NCBI GenBank assembly: GCA_903901425.1
Contig: CAIURC010000078.1
Location: 29,828-93,827, forward strand
Direction of reading: 5' to 3'
DNA: 64,000 bases
DNA from: an uncultured Spartobacteria bacterium
Lineage (GTDB): Bacteria; Verrucomicrobiota; Verrucomicrobiia; Chthoniobacterales; Chthoniobacteraceae
Of the stretch, positions 1 to 9,659 are shown piece by piece. The position numbers were made by a program, and so were the translations under genes. Every line of letters begins with the position of its first letter. Within the stretch, counting starts at the first letter, position 1. The notes under the pieces are model-generated. The model saw nothing but the letters and a program-made list of their open reading frames with translations, ran no database searches and was not told the origin of the DNA.

Positions 1-2
1 AC

Positions 3-650
3 GCCGTGCTGACCTTTGAGATCCTGGAGGCGCTCCGGCGGGAGGCCCCGGGTTGCCGGATGATCTACCTCTCGAGTGCCGCGGTTTACGGCAATCCCGT
101 CCGCCTGCCCGTGAGTGAGGAGGACGCGGTGGTGCCGCTCTCGCCGTATGGATTCCACAAGCGGATGGGGGAACTGCTCTGCGAGGAGTACAGCCTGATT
201 TATGGGATTCCATCGACGGTGGTCCGGATATTTTCAGCGTACGGTCCCGGGTTGAGACGGCAGGTGGTGTGGGACATTTTCCGTCGGCTTCTGGCCGGGG
301 AACGGCTCCGGTTGCACGGGAAGGGCGGAGAGAGCCGCGATTTCATCCATGCGGCCGATGTTGTGCGGGCGCTGGCGCTTTTTGCGGGGTCAGGGACGGA
401 GGGCTGCACGGTTTACAATTTGGGGTCTGGCCAGGAGACGGCGATTGGAGATCTGGCGCGGATTGCGGCGCGGGTGATGGGCAGGGAGGGGGCAGTGGAG
501 TTTGACGGGGTGGCGACGCCGGGTCAGCCTGTGAACTGGCGTGCGGAGATGAGCCGTGCCCGTGCGTTGGGGTTTGAGGCCCGGATCTCGATTGAAGACG
601 GGGTCAGGACGCTTTCGGCCTGGGTTCAGGCAGAACAGGGGGTGGCGTGA
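3..650 (+). CDS. NAD-dependent epimerase/dehydratase (extended SDR), 5'-truncated by window edge
   Basis: YLSSAAVYG, catalytic YxxxK (PYGFHK), RIFSAYGPG, RDFIH and YNLGSG motifs; frame is open to the window start. Confidence 0.9.
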   Translation, partial: AVLTFEILEALRREAPGCRMIYLSSAAVYGNPVRLPVSEEDAVVPLSPYGFHKRMGELLCEEYSLIYGIPSTVVRIFSAYGPGLRRQVVWDIFRRLLAGERLRLHGKGGESRDFIHAADVVRALALFAGSGTEGCTVYNLGSGQETAIGDLARIAARVMGREGAVEFDGVATPGQPVNWRAEMSRARALGFEARISIEDGVRTLSAWVQAEQGVA

Positions 651-1801
651 TGTCGGGACCTGTGGTGGGGCTGGTATCGCAGGGGGGCGCCCGCTGGGTG
701 GGCGGAGCGGAGTATATCGGGAATCTGGCGCGTGCGGTGGTTGCTGCGGGTGGGAGCCAGCCGCGGTTGTTCAGTCTGGCGACCGTGGCGGATCAGTGGC
801 GAGAGGTGCCCGCCGAGGTGGTGCCTGTCCGGCGTTGGGTGATCCCATATGGCGACCGGATGGGGTTGAACCGGCGTCATTTGCGGGAGGCGCTCCGGCG
901 TGCCCCTGTGGATTTCCTGTTTCCATTCACGTATGGCAACGGAAACATCGGGATGAATTTCCCGGTCCAGCCAGTTCTGGGAAACACCCGGTGGGCAGGC
1001 TGGATCCCAGATTTTCAGCACCGCTATTTGCCCCATTTTTTTGGGAGGAAAGATCTCGAAATTCGGGAGGAGGGAATCCGGCGGCTGCTTGGGGAGGCGC
1101 CGGTAATGGTTATGAGCAGCGCGAGTGCTGCGGAGGATTTGAAGCGGTTCCATCCGGAGTATGGCGGGCGTGTTGAGGTTCTGCGGTTTGCCACTGCGCC
1201 CCGCGCGGAATGGTACGAGGCTGCCAACTCACTTCCAGAGTTGCCCGACCGGTACTTTGCGGTGTGCAACCAGTTTTGGGTCCACAAGAATCACCTGACG
1301 GTTTTCAGGGCTTTGGGGCTACTGGCAAGGCGCGGAGTGCGGCCGGTTCTGGTTTGCACGGGTGCGATGGATGACAACCGGGATCCTGCGTATCCGGCTA
1401 AGCTCCGTGAGGCGCTGGAGGTGGGCAAGGTGCAGGAGCAGGTCCGGTTTTTGGGACTTATTTCCCGACGGAATCAGGTGGAGGTGCTTAGGCGCTCGGT
1501 TGCGGTGGTCCAGCCGAGTCTGTTTGAAGGCTGGAGCACGGTGGTCGAGGACGCGCGGGTCTTGGGAAAAAGGATTCTGCTATCCGACATCGCGGTCCAC
1601 AGGGAGCAGGCACCGCCAGGGGCCGAGTATTTTGAGCCGGAAAACGCGGAGGCGCTGGCGGCGTTGATGGAGGCCGCATGGAACCAATGGCCAGCCGGTC
1701 AGGATCTGGTTGCCGAAGGCGAGGCGCGGCGCCTCGGTGAGGCGCGTCTGGCGGAAGTGGGCCGCAGGCTTCTGGAGATTGCCGGCGGCAGCCGCGCGTG
1801 A
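647..1801 (+). CDS. Glycosyltransferase family 4 (GT-B)
   Basis: WIPDFQH, QFWVHKNH, PSLFEGWSTVVEDA, SDIAVHRE motifs; 4-bp overlap with the upstream gene. Confidence 0.88.
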   Translation: MMSGPVVGLVSQGGARWVGGAEYIGNLARAVVAAGGSQPRLFSLATVADQWREVPAEVVPVRRWVIPYGDRMGLNRRHLREALRRAPVDFLFPFTYGNGNIGMNFPVQPVLGNTRWAGWIPDFQHRYLPHFFGRKDLEIREEGIRRLLGEAPVMVMSSASAAEDLKRFHPEYGGRVEVLRFATAPRAEWYEAANSLPELPDRYFAVCNQFWVHKNHLTVFRALGLLARRGVRPVLVCTGAMDDNRDPAYPAKLREALEVGKVQEQVRFLGLISRRNQVEVLRRSVAVVQPSLFEGWSTVVEDARVLGKRILLSDIAVHREQAPPGAEYFEPENAEALAALMEAAWNQWPAGQDLVAEGEARRLGEARLAEVGRRLLEIAGGSRA

Positions 1802-1805
1802 CCGC

Positions 1806-2699
1806 ATGCCTTCCCCGTTGTTCACGCTGGTCACTCCCACCTTCAACCGGGCGGGCTTTCTTGGAAAAGCCATGGAAAGCGTCCGGCTCCAGGCCCGGGC
1901 GGACGTGGAACACTGGGTGGTGGACGGCGGTTCCACCGATGAAACCGCGGCGGTGGTGGCCCGGTTCCCCGGGACCTGGTTCCTGAGCGAACCCGACCGC
2001 GGGATTTATGATGCGCTCAACAAAGGGCTCGCCCGTGCCACCGGCGACATCGTGGGACTTCTGAACAGCGACGACCTTTACCCGCCCGGCACCCTCGACG
2101 CTGTTGCTGCTGCATTCGAGGATCCCGCGGTGGATCTGGTCAGCGGCGGCACCGAGATTTTCCGGGTGTCGGCGGGGGGCGAGGAGCGGGTTCTGGTGCA
2201 GGACGCCGCCGCGAAAATCGCGCTGATACCGGAGAACGTGCTGTTGGGAATCCCGGCGATCAACGCCCGGTTTTTCCGGCGCCGTTTCCTCGAGCAGCAC
2301 CTCCCGTTCGATCTGGGTTACCGGATTGCCTCAGACCGGGAATTCCTGTTCCGGATGGCGCTGGCCGGGGCGCGGGAGGTGGTTTTGGACCGGGTATTGT
2401 ACCGGTACTGCGAGCACGCGGGTTCACTCACCATCCGGGACCGTGTGCCGCTGCGGGAGGGGGCTGGTTGGGAGCATCTGGCGATTGCGGAGAAGCACCG
2501 GGACACTGTGCCGCCGGACGCCAGAGATGTGGTCCGGCGGTTTCATGCACGGGAGAGCGCGACTTTGGCGCTCGGGCTTCTGGCCGGAGGCGAGTACGGC
2601 GCGGCGCTGGAGATGGCCCGGCGCGGTTGGGGAGCGAACACGAGTTGGCCGCTGACGGTGCTCCGGGTCGGGGCCGCTGCGGTCTGGAAGCGTCTTTAG
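1806..2699 (+). CDS. Glycosyltransferase family 2
   Basis: ATG at 1806 (MPSPLFTLVTPTFN); VVDGGSTD, EPDRGIYDALNKG, LNSDD motifs. Confidence 0.9.
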   Translation: MPSPLFTLVTPTFNRAGFLGKAMESVRLQARADVEHWVVDGGSTDETAAVVARFPGTWFLSEPDRGIYDALNKGLARATGDIVGLLNSDDLYPPGTLDAVAAAFEDPAVDLVSGGTEIFRVSAGGEERVLVQDAAAKIALIPENVLLGIPAINARFFRRRFLEQHLPFDLGYRIASDREFLFRMALAGAREVVLDRVLYRYCEHAGSLTIRDRVPLREGAGWEHLAIAEKHRDTVPPDARDVVRRFHARESATLALGLLAGGEYGAALEMARRGWGANTSWPLTVLRVGAAAVWKRL

Positions 2700-2702
2700 A
2701 CT

Positions 2703-2721
2703 CCCCGGGGGCGGCCCGGGG
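2703..2721. terminator. GC hairpin between convergent genes (possible terminator)
   Basis: CCCCGGG-ggcgg-CCCGGGG inverted repeat in the 39-bp gap; no clear U-tract. Confidence 0.3.
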
Positions 2722-2738
2722 CGTGCGCAGAGCCGGCT

Positions 2739-3371
2739 TTAGAAACCCACGGCAGCCCGGCGGCCGACCTTGGATACGTCGCGGAGGTCCTCCCAGATCT
2801 CGAGGCCCCGGCTGATGTCGTTGAGCGTCATGTGGATCTGGTAAGACTTCTGGGTGGTGCGTCCGAGGGAGGCGTGGTCCTCGATCAGTTCGAGGGTCAG
2901 CGAATACTGGGGAAGCGGTCCCGAGGAATGGTGGGATTCCCGTTCGCTGCTGCCGGTGAATTCGCGGAGTTCGTTCCGGGCGGACACTTGGGCGTTTTCG
3001 CGGGCCACGGCGGAGCGGCGTCCGGAGACGAAGGCGTCATTCTGGACGTAGCAATAGGCGACGCCGGATTTGTTGAGGGTGACCTTGACCCGGTTGAACA
3101 TGAGGTTGGGGTCGAAGTCGTATAGGGCGGTGTTGTTCCGGAAGGTGGAGATGGCGATGATGGAACGGCCGTCGCTCCCTTTTTTCCTGAGGATGTTTGC
3201 AGACAGCAGGGATTCAGCCATTTCCGCGGACACCTCGGCGACGTCCTTGGGATCGAGTCCGAGAGTGGACCGGAGTTGGGACGTGGTGACGCGCCGGGCT
3301 TCATAGGTGCCGCAGCCGGTGAAAAACAGAGTCGCTGCGAGGGCGAGAGCAGTGAAAGCGGAGGTTTTCAT
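2739..3371 (-). CDS. LpoB/YcfM-like lipoprotein (PBP-activator family)
   Basis: Lipobox FTGC; GLDPKDVAEVSAEMAESLL, IAISTFRNNT and C-terminal YQIHMTLNDISRGLEIW pattern; follows a YcfL-like gene. Confidence 0.7.
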   Translation of the reverse strand: MKTSAFTALALAATLFFTGCGTYEARRVTTSQLRSTLGLDPKDVAEVSAEMAESLLSANILRKKGSDGRSIIAISTFRNNTALYDFDPNLMFNRVKVTLNKSGVAYCYVQNDAFVSGRRSAVARENAQVSARNELREFTGSSERESHHSSGPLPQYSLTLELIEDHASLGRTTQKSYQIHMTLNDISRGLEIWEDLRDVSKVGRRAAVGF

Positions 3372-3778
3372 TTTTGGGGTCCGAGCCGGAGGATAACGCC
3401 GGCGGGGTGGGAGACAGTAGAGACAGTACGGAGGACGGTCTGGTCAAGTCCTTCGATCCGGCCCATGCGCGGGACGCGGGCAGCTGGGGTAAAGGAGGCG
3501 CTGCCGTCGCCGGCGAACCATTCCCAGCTGTAGGCGAAGTCGCGTGGGGAGGAGGAGGGGTTACGGACAATGACCTGGACCTCGACGAAGCCCTGGTCGT
3601 TCTTGCGTGCGATGGCCTCAGCCGGGTCCGAGACACGGACAGGGCAGCCGGGGAGTTGTGTGACCTGGAGTTGTGCGGGGACGCCAGCGAGGGGTTGGCG
3701 GGAGGTTTTGATGGAGGCGCAGCTTGCGAGCATCAGGCCCGCGCCGAGGAGACAGAGACGTTGGAAAATGTGGGTCAT
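3368..3778 (-). CDS. YcfL/DUF1425-like lipoprotein
   Basis: Lipobox LASC; VEVQVIVRN...FAYSWEWF..DG pattern; 4-bp overlap with the LpoB-like gene. Confidence 0.65.
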   Translation of the reverse strand: MTHIFQRLCLLGAGLMLASCASIKTSRQPLAGVPAQLQVTQLPGCPVRVSDPAEAIARKNDQGFVEVQVIVRNPSSSPRDFAYSWEWFAGDGSASFTPAARVPRMGRIEGLDQTVLRTVSTVSHPAGVILRLGPQK

Positions 3779-3791
3779 GGAACAACCAAAA

Positions 3792-5162
3792 TCAAAGGCC
3801 GATGGAAACCGAGGAAACGCTGCCGTTCACGACGCGCGCAACCACCAGCCGGGTTTTTCCTTCGTTGGCGAGGGCGATCTTGGTGCCGTTGACAAACAGA
3901 TGGCCGCTTGCGGGGGTCTTGACGCAGGCGTACCGCACAGTTTTTGGCAGGGAGGCGCAGATCCGGCGGTCTGCTTGGGCCGAGGCGACGTTATAAATCC
4001 CGGTCGCGATCGCGGCGATTCGTGCGACATTGGGGTCCTGCTGCTGTGCCGCCTCCTGTGCCGCATAGGAAAGCACGGCCTTGAGTGTGGAGGCCGCCAC
4101 GGTGCGCGCCACGGTCCCGGGCAGTTTCCGCCGGTACTCGGCGGCTACGATCCGGTCGAACTCGCACACGGTGCTGGCGGAGACGCTTTCCTCGCCCACC
4201 CGGAGCACGGCTTCCGCGGGGTGCGGATGGATTTCAAGAGACGGGAACGCAGCCGAGAAAAGCACGACCTTCCCGTTGAGCACGATCGGCACATCGATCC
4301 GGAACTGGTCGAGGGAGGGAGCCACGCCCTCCTCAAGGATCACGTGGGTCATGCCTTCTGGGGAACCGGCGGCTGCCCTTTTTACATGCTCGTTGCGCGG
4401 GTAGCAGGAGAGTACGTGCCCGAAGCTTTCACGGCTCCGGCCGGTGTCCGGCTGGGGGCCGGAACCGAGGAGGATCCCGGCGAGCAGTTCGGAGTAAGGA
4501 ACGGAGAAGTTGGCGTAGGGCTGGAAGCGTGCGGCAGTGGTTTCGAGCGTCTTCTGGGCGCCTTCTACCGCGCCGGGTTTCAACTGGACCCGGACTCGCG
4601 GGTTGGCCTCCACAGCCTGTTCGAGGCTCTGGCGTTCGCGTTCGATCTGGGCTTGGAACTTCCCGAAATTGTCGGCCTGCCGGTTTTTGGCGAGCTTGAT
4701 TGCGGACCGCGCCTTGTCGAGTTCGCCATTGGCGGCGAAGCTGAGGGCCAGCAGGGAGGCGCCCATGACCCGCTCGGAGGGGCTGGTGTTGTACGCCATG
4801 CTGTTCAGGTTTGTCAGCATCGCGCCCGCCTCGCGTCCGAGTTGGACCACGGGCCGCTGGTCCCGGTAGGTCAGGGCTTGGTCCGCCGCGCGGAGCGCCT
4901 CTGCGGCCTCGGCTTTCTGGCCTGCTGTCAGGGCCATGGCGCCGTGTTCCAGCCGGAACACGGGTGCGTCCCCGCTGCTGTCCTTCTGTTTTTTTGCCTC
5001 GCCGCGGAGGGTGGAAAGCGCCGAGCGGAATTCGCCGGACCGGTACTGTTTTTGGGCCTTCAGCAGGGTGCCGTTTGTGCCGCAGCCGACCAGAAAAAGG
5101 GCCGGAAGAAGCGCAATCGCGCGCACACTCTTGAGGAGGGATTCAGGCGGGCGTCGTTTCAT
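3792..5162 (-). CDS. COG3014-like helical-repeat lipoprotein
   Basis: Lipobox LVGC; LEHG, helical repeats, VILEEGVAP, C-terminal ADRRICASLP; context with ycfL/lpoB-like genes. Confidence 0.6.
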   Translation of the reverse strand: MKRRPPESLLKSVRAIALLPALFLVGCGTNGTLLKAQKQYRSGEFRSALSTLRGEAKKQKDSSGDAPVFRLEHGAMALTAGQKAEAAEALRAADQALTYRDQRPVVQLGREAGAMLTNLNSMAYNTSPSERVMGASLLALSFAANGELDKARSAIKLAKNRQADNFGKFQAQIERERQSLEQAVEANPRVRVQLKPGAVEGAQKTLETTAARFQPYANFSVPYSELLAGILLGSGPQPDTGRSRESFGHVLSCYPRNEHVKRAAAGSPEGMTHVILEEGVAPSLDQFRIDVPIVLNGKVVLFSAAFPSLEIHPHPAEAVLRVGEESVSASTVCEFDRIVAAEYRRKLPGTVARTVAASTLKAVLSYAAQEAAQQQDPNVARIAAIATGIYNVASAQADRRICASLPKTVRYACVKTPASGHLFVNGTKIALANEGKTRLVVARVVNGSVSSVSIGL

Positions 5163-5185
5163 GGTTTGAAAGGGTTCAGATCGGT

Positions 5186-6136
5186 TTATTTCCGGCGCCG
5201 GCTTCCGGCTTCCGGCCCTGCAGGTTCCATGCCGGTTTCGGGGAGCCGCGTGACGGTGTAGGTTTTCTTGATCTCGGTTGTGGCCAGATCCCCGTCCTCC
5301 ACAGAAACCAGTTCAAGGATGGAGGTTTCTTCTTTCACGGATTTGACCACTGCCTTGCCCACGGGAAAGGCCGCGTCGGTGCCGGCGCCGCCTTCGGCAA
5401 ACTCGGAGAGCTCAACCCATTGCCCTTCCTTCATCCCGGCCATCCGGCCGCGGTCCACGATGAATTGCCTGCCCCGCACCGAGAGAATCTTGGGCGGGCA
5501 ATAGAGGTCGAGGACGCGGACCCCGAGTTTTTTGACAACGCCGTCGGCGAGTTTCCGGACTGTGCCGGAATCGAAGTCGGGCAGGCCGAGCCGGGCTGAG
5601 GAGACGATGCCGGAACCGGCATGCTCGAAGTCTTCTTTGAGGACCCTGCGTGTGCCCCCGTTGCGTTCCGTGACCTCCAGCGAAACCGTGATTCGGAGCC
5701 GCCATTTGGCTGCCGCGCCGCCAGCATTTTTGAGGGAACTGTAGTCCGCCACGAAATCCTCGATTTTTCCAAAAGCCAGGAGGTCGGCGGAAGCGACGGA
5801 AAGATCGAGGGACTGGGCGTTGCCGAGTTCCTCGCTGACTTTCCATTCCTTGACCAGACGGTCCAGGGACTCGTCACGGACGGCGAGCCGCAGCATTTTG
5901 CTTGAGGACAGCTCCTGACTCAGGGTGGAGAGGACCGCGCCGCGCAGCCGCGACTCTACGTCTTGGACGCCGGCATGGAAACGCTTGGCGACCTCAGGGG
6001 TGACCAGCCCGGGAGCCAGGTCGAGTTTTTCGACCACCATCACCTTGGGGGCTGCTGGATCCTGGGCCCGGCTCAAACCGCCAGTGGCTGCCACTGCCGA
6101 GAAACAAAGTAGCTGGAGTGCGAATCGGAGTTTCAT
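5186..6136 (-). CDS. Secreted CsgG/HfaB-like protein with FlgT-C-like beta domain
   Basis: Signal peptide; VRDESLDRLVKEW and ADLLAFGKIEDF (CsgG-like); IVDRGRMAGMKEGQ...VGKAVV (FlgT C-terminal-like). Confidence 0.55.
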   Translation of the reverse strand: MKLRFALQLLCFSAVAATGGLSRAQDPAAPKVMVVEKLDLAPGLVTPEVAKRFHAGVQDVESRLRGAVLSTLSQELSSSKMLRLAVRDESLDRLVKEWKVSEELGNAQSLDLSVASADLLAFGKIEDFVADYSSLKNAGGAAAKWRLRITVSLEVTERNGGTRRVLKEDFEHAGSGIVSSARLGLPDFDSGTVRKLADGVVKKLGVRVLDLYCPPKILSVRGRQFIVDRGRMAGMKEGQWVELSEFAEGGAGTDAAFPVGKAVVKSVKEETSILELVSVEDGDLATTEIKKTYTVTRLPETGMEPAGPEAGSRRRK

Positions 6137-6163
6137 GGGAAAAGTTTGGGCACCGTGCCGGGA

Positions 6164-7447
6164 TTATCGGGACAGAATCGGGAACGCGATTTTCAGGCGT
6201 TCGGAGAGGAAGAACGGGGCGGATTTGCGGAGCGCATCGAGCCAGAGTTTGCCGCCCTCGGCCTCGGCCTTGCGGACTGGAACGATGTTTTTGGCGGTGG
6301 CGGTATCGATCTGGAGCTGGCCATCGGCCTCCTTTTTGATGGCTTCAGTGACAGCGCCGGCGCGTTCAACGGCTGCCTGCCGGAACATGGAATTGTTCTT
6401 GGCGAGCTCGAAAAGGGCGAGTTGTTCGTTGAATTTGCGGCGGGTATCGTCGGTGGGGGCAAGCAGCGCCTCGTAGCGTTCCCCGCCTGCGACCTGGATC
6501 TGGGCCGTGTAATCCTTTGCGCCGTCCCGGTAGACCCTGAGCTTGTGGGTGCCGGGCGCGAGGCTGACCCGGCAGGGAGCGTTTCCCTTGAGCACGCCGT
6601 CCACCTCGACGGAGGCGCCTTCGGCAAACACGGGCACCTCGGTGACTTCGATGCCGCCGGCTTCCGGCGTTGCGCGGAGGACCGGCACGCGGATTCCCTC
6701 CAGAAGCGCATGCACTTCGACCTGCGCCAATCGGATCTGGACATCTGGAATCTCCCATGTGCGCGAGGCCTGCGCGAGATCACGGGCCAGAAGGCTGAAG
6801 GCCTTGTCCGTCAGGTCGGCCTCGTTGAAGCCGCGGACCTTGACCTCCCGTTCCTCGCTTTTCACCCGGACACCGTCCCCGGCGTTGAGCAGGGTGAGTG
6901 ACGCCCGGGCGGAAAGGAGGTTGACCGCCTGGGAAGCCACGGTGGACGTCTTCCCGTTGAGATGGAGGACATCCACGAACAGCACCCGGCCGATCCCGCG
7001 GTTCACGGCTTCCTGGAGCACGGATTGGTTGTTGGAAAAATCCAGCAGACTTCCTTTGGCGGCTTCCCCGGACTGGGATTCCCGCGTGGTGGCGTTGAGA
7101 TCGGCCAATGTTACCAGTCGCAGGGCCGGGTTTTGAGCGGCGGCAGCGAACTGTTCCCCGAGCTTCTGGAGGAGTTCGCTGGGAATGCCCTTGATTTGGG
7201 TTCGTGGAACGAGCAGGGCGAGGCCTTTGTTTCGTTCGGGTTCGGTTTTGACGGGGGACTCCTGCACCCCTTGGTACGCGATGGGGGCCGCCAGGGCCAG
7301 GTAGCCCTGCTCCAACTGGGCCTGCGCCAGCGGCGTGAGTCCCGACAGAACCGCCGAGAGGACGCAAAAACGCCGCTTCCACCCCGTTGCATTTCCGGGG
7401 GCTGTTTGCGGGGCGGTGGCGTGCACGGGCAGATCGGATCGTTTCAT
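6164..7447 (-). CDS. Secreted PEGA domain-containing protein
   Basis: Start revised to ATG 7447; signal-like LAQA; PEGA motif EGASVEVDGVLKGNAPCRVSLAPGTHKLRV. Confidence 0.7.
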   Translation of the reverse strand: MKRSDLPVHATAPQTAPGNATGWKRRFCVLSAVLSGLTPLAQAQLEQGYLALAAPIAYQGVQESPVKTEPERNKGLALLVPRTQIKGIPSELLQKLGEQFAAAAQNPALRLVTLADLNATTRESQSGEAAKGSLLDFSNNQSVLQEAVNRGIGRVLFVDVLHLNGKTSTVASQAVNLLSARASLTLLNAGDGVRVKSEEREVKVRGFNEADLTDKAFSLLARDLAQASRTWEIPDVQIRLAQVEVHALLEGIRVPVLRATPEAGGIEVTEVPVFAEGASVEVDGVLKGNAPCRVSLAPGTHKLRVYRDGAKDYTAQIQVAGGERYEALLAPTDDTRRKFNEQLALFELAKNNSMFRQAAVERAGAVTEAIKKEADGQLQIDTATAKNIVPVRKAEAEGGKLWLDALRKSAPFFLSERLKIAFPILSR

Positions 7448-7934
7448 AAACAGACGGCTGTCCTGTAACAACGGCGCGCGGCGGGAACCAGAAAGATTTC
7501 GTGAATGCTGCGTTGAGGATTGGCGGGTGGCATTCTGCAGAACTCGCTCGTTTTGCTTCTGGATGCGCCTAGGGGCATGGCTCAACGGCGCTGCAGTTGC
7601 GGGTGGTCGGCTACGGGGAGGGGGGCAGAAAAACGACGGAGGCGCAGATTTTTTTTGAACGCTCAAATCTCCCCGGAGTCAAAGGGCGGAGGAAAATCAA
7701 AAGCAGATGTCTGATGCAGAACGGGGAAATACAGGACGGAAAGTCCGTTTGGCAGCCGGGGCGGTCTGGCGGTCCCGGGTGGATTCTGGTCGGATTCCGG
7801 ACACCCTTCGGCACCGGGATTATACCCGGGCCGGGGGTTTTCCGGCGGTTTTTGCTTGAACAGGAGGCGTAGATTTGGCGTTGCCTATGCCCCCCTCTCA
7901 GTATCTGCTCCCCCCTCCCTAACCCTCCATCCCA

Positions 7935-8885
7935 ATGATTCAGGTACGTGAACTGAAAAAACATTTCGGCCCCAAGGTCGCCGTGAACGGCATCTCGTTC
8001 ACGGTGGAGCGCGGGGAAGTGCTCGGGTTCCTCGGACCCAACGGCGCGGGCAAGTCGACCACCATGCGCATGGTGACCGGCTTTATTCCGCCGACGGACG
8101 GCTCCATCACCATTGGCGGACACGACATGCTTGAGGACCCGATCCCGGCAAAGCGTCTGATCGGTTACCTGCCGGAAAACGCGCCCTCGTACACGGACAT
8201 GTCGGTGCAGGCGTTTCTGGAGTTTTCCGGGGAACTTCGCGGGCTTTCCGGAGACGGCCTGAAACGGGCGGTGGGCCGGGCGATCGAGATGTGTTTCCTT
8301 GAGAATGTCCGGCACCAGAGCGTGGAGACCCTCTCCAAGGGGTACCGGCACCGGACATGTTTTGCGCAGTCTATCATTCACGATCCGGATGTGCTGATCC
8401 TGGACGAACCGACGGACGGTTTGGATCCGAACCAGAAGCATGAGGTCCGGACGCTGATCCGGCGGATGGGCGAAAAAAAGGCGATCATTTTTTCCACGCA
8501 TATTTTGGAGGAGGTGGAGGCGGTATGTTCCCGGGCGGTGATCATCGACCGGGGCTCAATCGTTGCGAACGGCACCCCGCGCGAGCTGAAGCTCCGTTCG
8601 GAGCAGGCGGGGGCGGTGACCCTGCGCCTGGTGGACGGGAACGCGGCGGAGGTGTCCGCCAAGGTTCGGCAGGTGGCGGGGGTGGACCGGGTTACCGTGG
8701 TAAGCGAGCGGCCGCTGGCGGTCCGGGCGTTTCCGCAGAAGAACGCGGGCAGCGACGACGTGGCGCGCGCGATTGGCGAGCTGGCGTTCAAAGAGCGCTG
8801 GGCGTTGCAGGGGCTGCAGGTGGAGGAGGGCCGCCTGGACGAGGTCTTCCGCAGCATCACCCTTCCTGACACCAAGAAGAAGTAG
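7935..8885 (+). CDS. ABC transporter ATP-binding protein (GldA-like)
   Basis: Walker A GPNGAGKST, signature LSKGYR, Walker B ILDEPT, H-loop STH. Confidence 0.92.
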   Translation: MIQVRELKKHFGPKVAVNGISFTVERGEVLGFLGPNGAGKSTTMRMVTGFIPPTDGSITIGGHDMLEDPIPAKRLIGYLPENAPSYTDMSVQAFLEFSGELRGLSGDGLKRAVGRAIEMCFLENVRHQSVETLSKGYRHRTCFAQSIIHDPDVLILDEPTDGLDPNQKHEVRTLIRRMGEKKAIIFSTHILEEVEAVCSRAVIIDRGSIVANGTPRELKLRSEQAGAVTLRLVDGNAAEVSAKVRQVAGVDRVTVVSERPLAVRAFPQKNAGSDDVARAIGELAFKERWALQGLQVEEGRLDEVFRSITLPDTKKK

Positions 8886-8894
8886 GTTCATCCC

Positions 8895-9629
8895 ATGACC
8901 AACATCCTGACCATCGCAAAACGGGAACTGCGCGGCTATTTTTCGTCGCCAGTCGCCTTCGTGTTCATCGTGATCTTCCTGCTGCTGGCCGGTTTTTTCA
9001 CCTTCATGGTGGCCGGCTTTTTCCAGCGGGGTGAAGCCAGCCTGACGACATTCTTCACCTGGCACCCGTGGCTTTACCTGTTCCTTGTCCCGGCAGTCGG
9101 GATGCGGATGTGGTCTGAGGAACGCCGCCAAGGGACGATTGAGCTCCTGCTGACCATGCCCATCACGCCGTGGCAGGCGATCACGGGCAAGTTTCTGGCC
9201 TCCTGGGTGGTGGTTGGAATCGCGCTGGCGCTCACGTTTCCCGTGGTGATGACGGTGAATCATCTTGGGAACCCGGACAACGGTGTGATTCTCGGCGGCT
9301 ACATTGGGAGCTTCCTGATGGCGGGCGCCTACCTGGCCATCACGGCGATGACCTCGGCCATGACACGCAACCAGGTGGTGAGCTTCATCGTGGCGGTGGT
9401 GCTTTCGCTGTTCCTGATTCTGGCGGGATACCCGCCGGTGACCAACATGCTGGTGAGCTGGGCCTCCCCCTGGCTGGTGGACGGCATTGCCGCGTTCAGT
9501 GTGATGACCCACTTTGAAAGCATTCAGAAGGGGGTCCTAGATTCCCGTGACCTCCTCTATTTCCTGTCCGTGATTGGCTTCTGTCTCTTCACCACCAGCA
9601 TCATCATCCGGGCCCACCGGGCCGGCTGA
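8895..9629 (+). CDS. ABC-2 type permease (GldF-like)
   Basis: IAKRELRGYFSSP, MRMWSEERRQGTIELLLT, about 6 TM helices. Confidence 0.88.
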   Translation: MTNILTIAKRELRGYFSSPVAFVFIVIFLLLAGFFTFMVAGFFQRGEASLTTFFTWHPWLYLFLVPAVGMRMWSEERRQGTIELLLTMPITPWQAITGKFLASWVVVGIALALTFPVVMTVNHLGNPDNGVILGGYIGSFLMAGAYLAITAMTSAMTRNQVVSFIVAVVLSLFLILAGYPPVTNMLVSWASPWLVDGIAAFSVMTHFESIQKGVLDSRDLLYFLSVIGFCLFTTSIIIRAHRAG

Positions 9630-9659
9630 TTTCCCAACCCCCAACCCCTCTCTGCTTCG

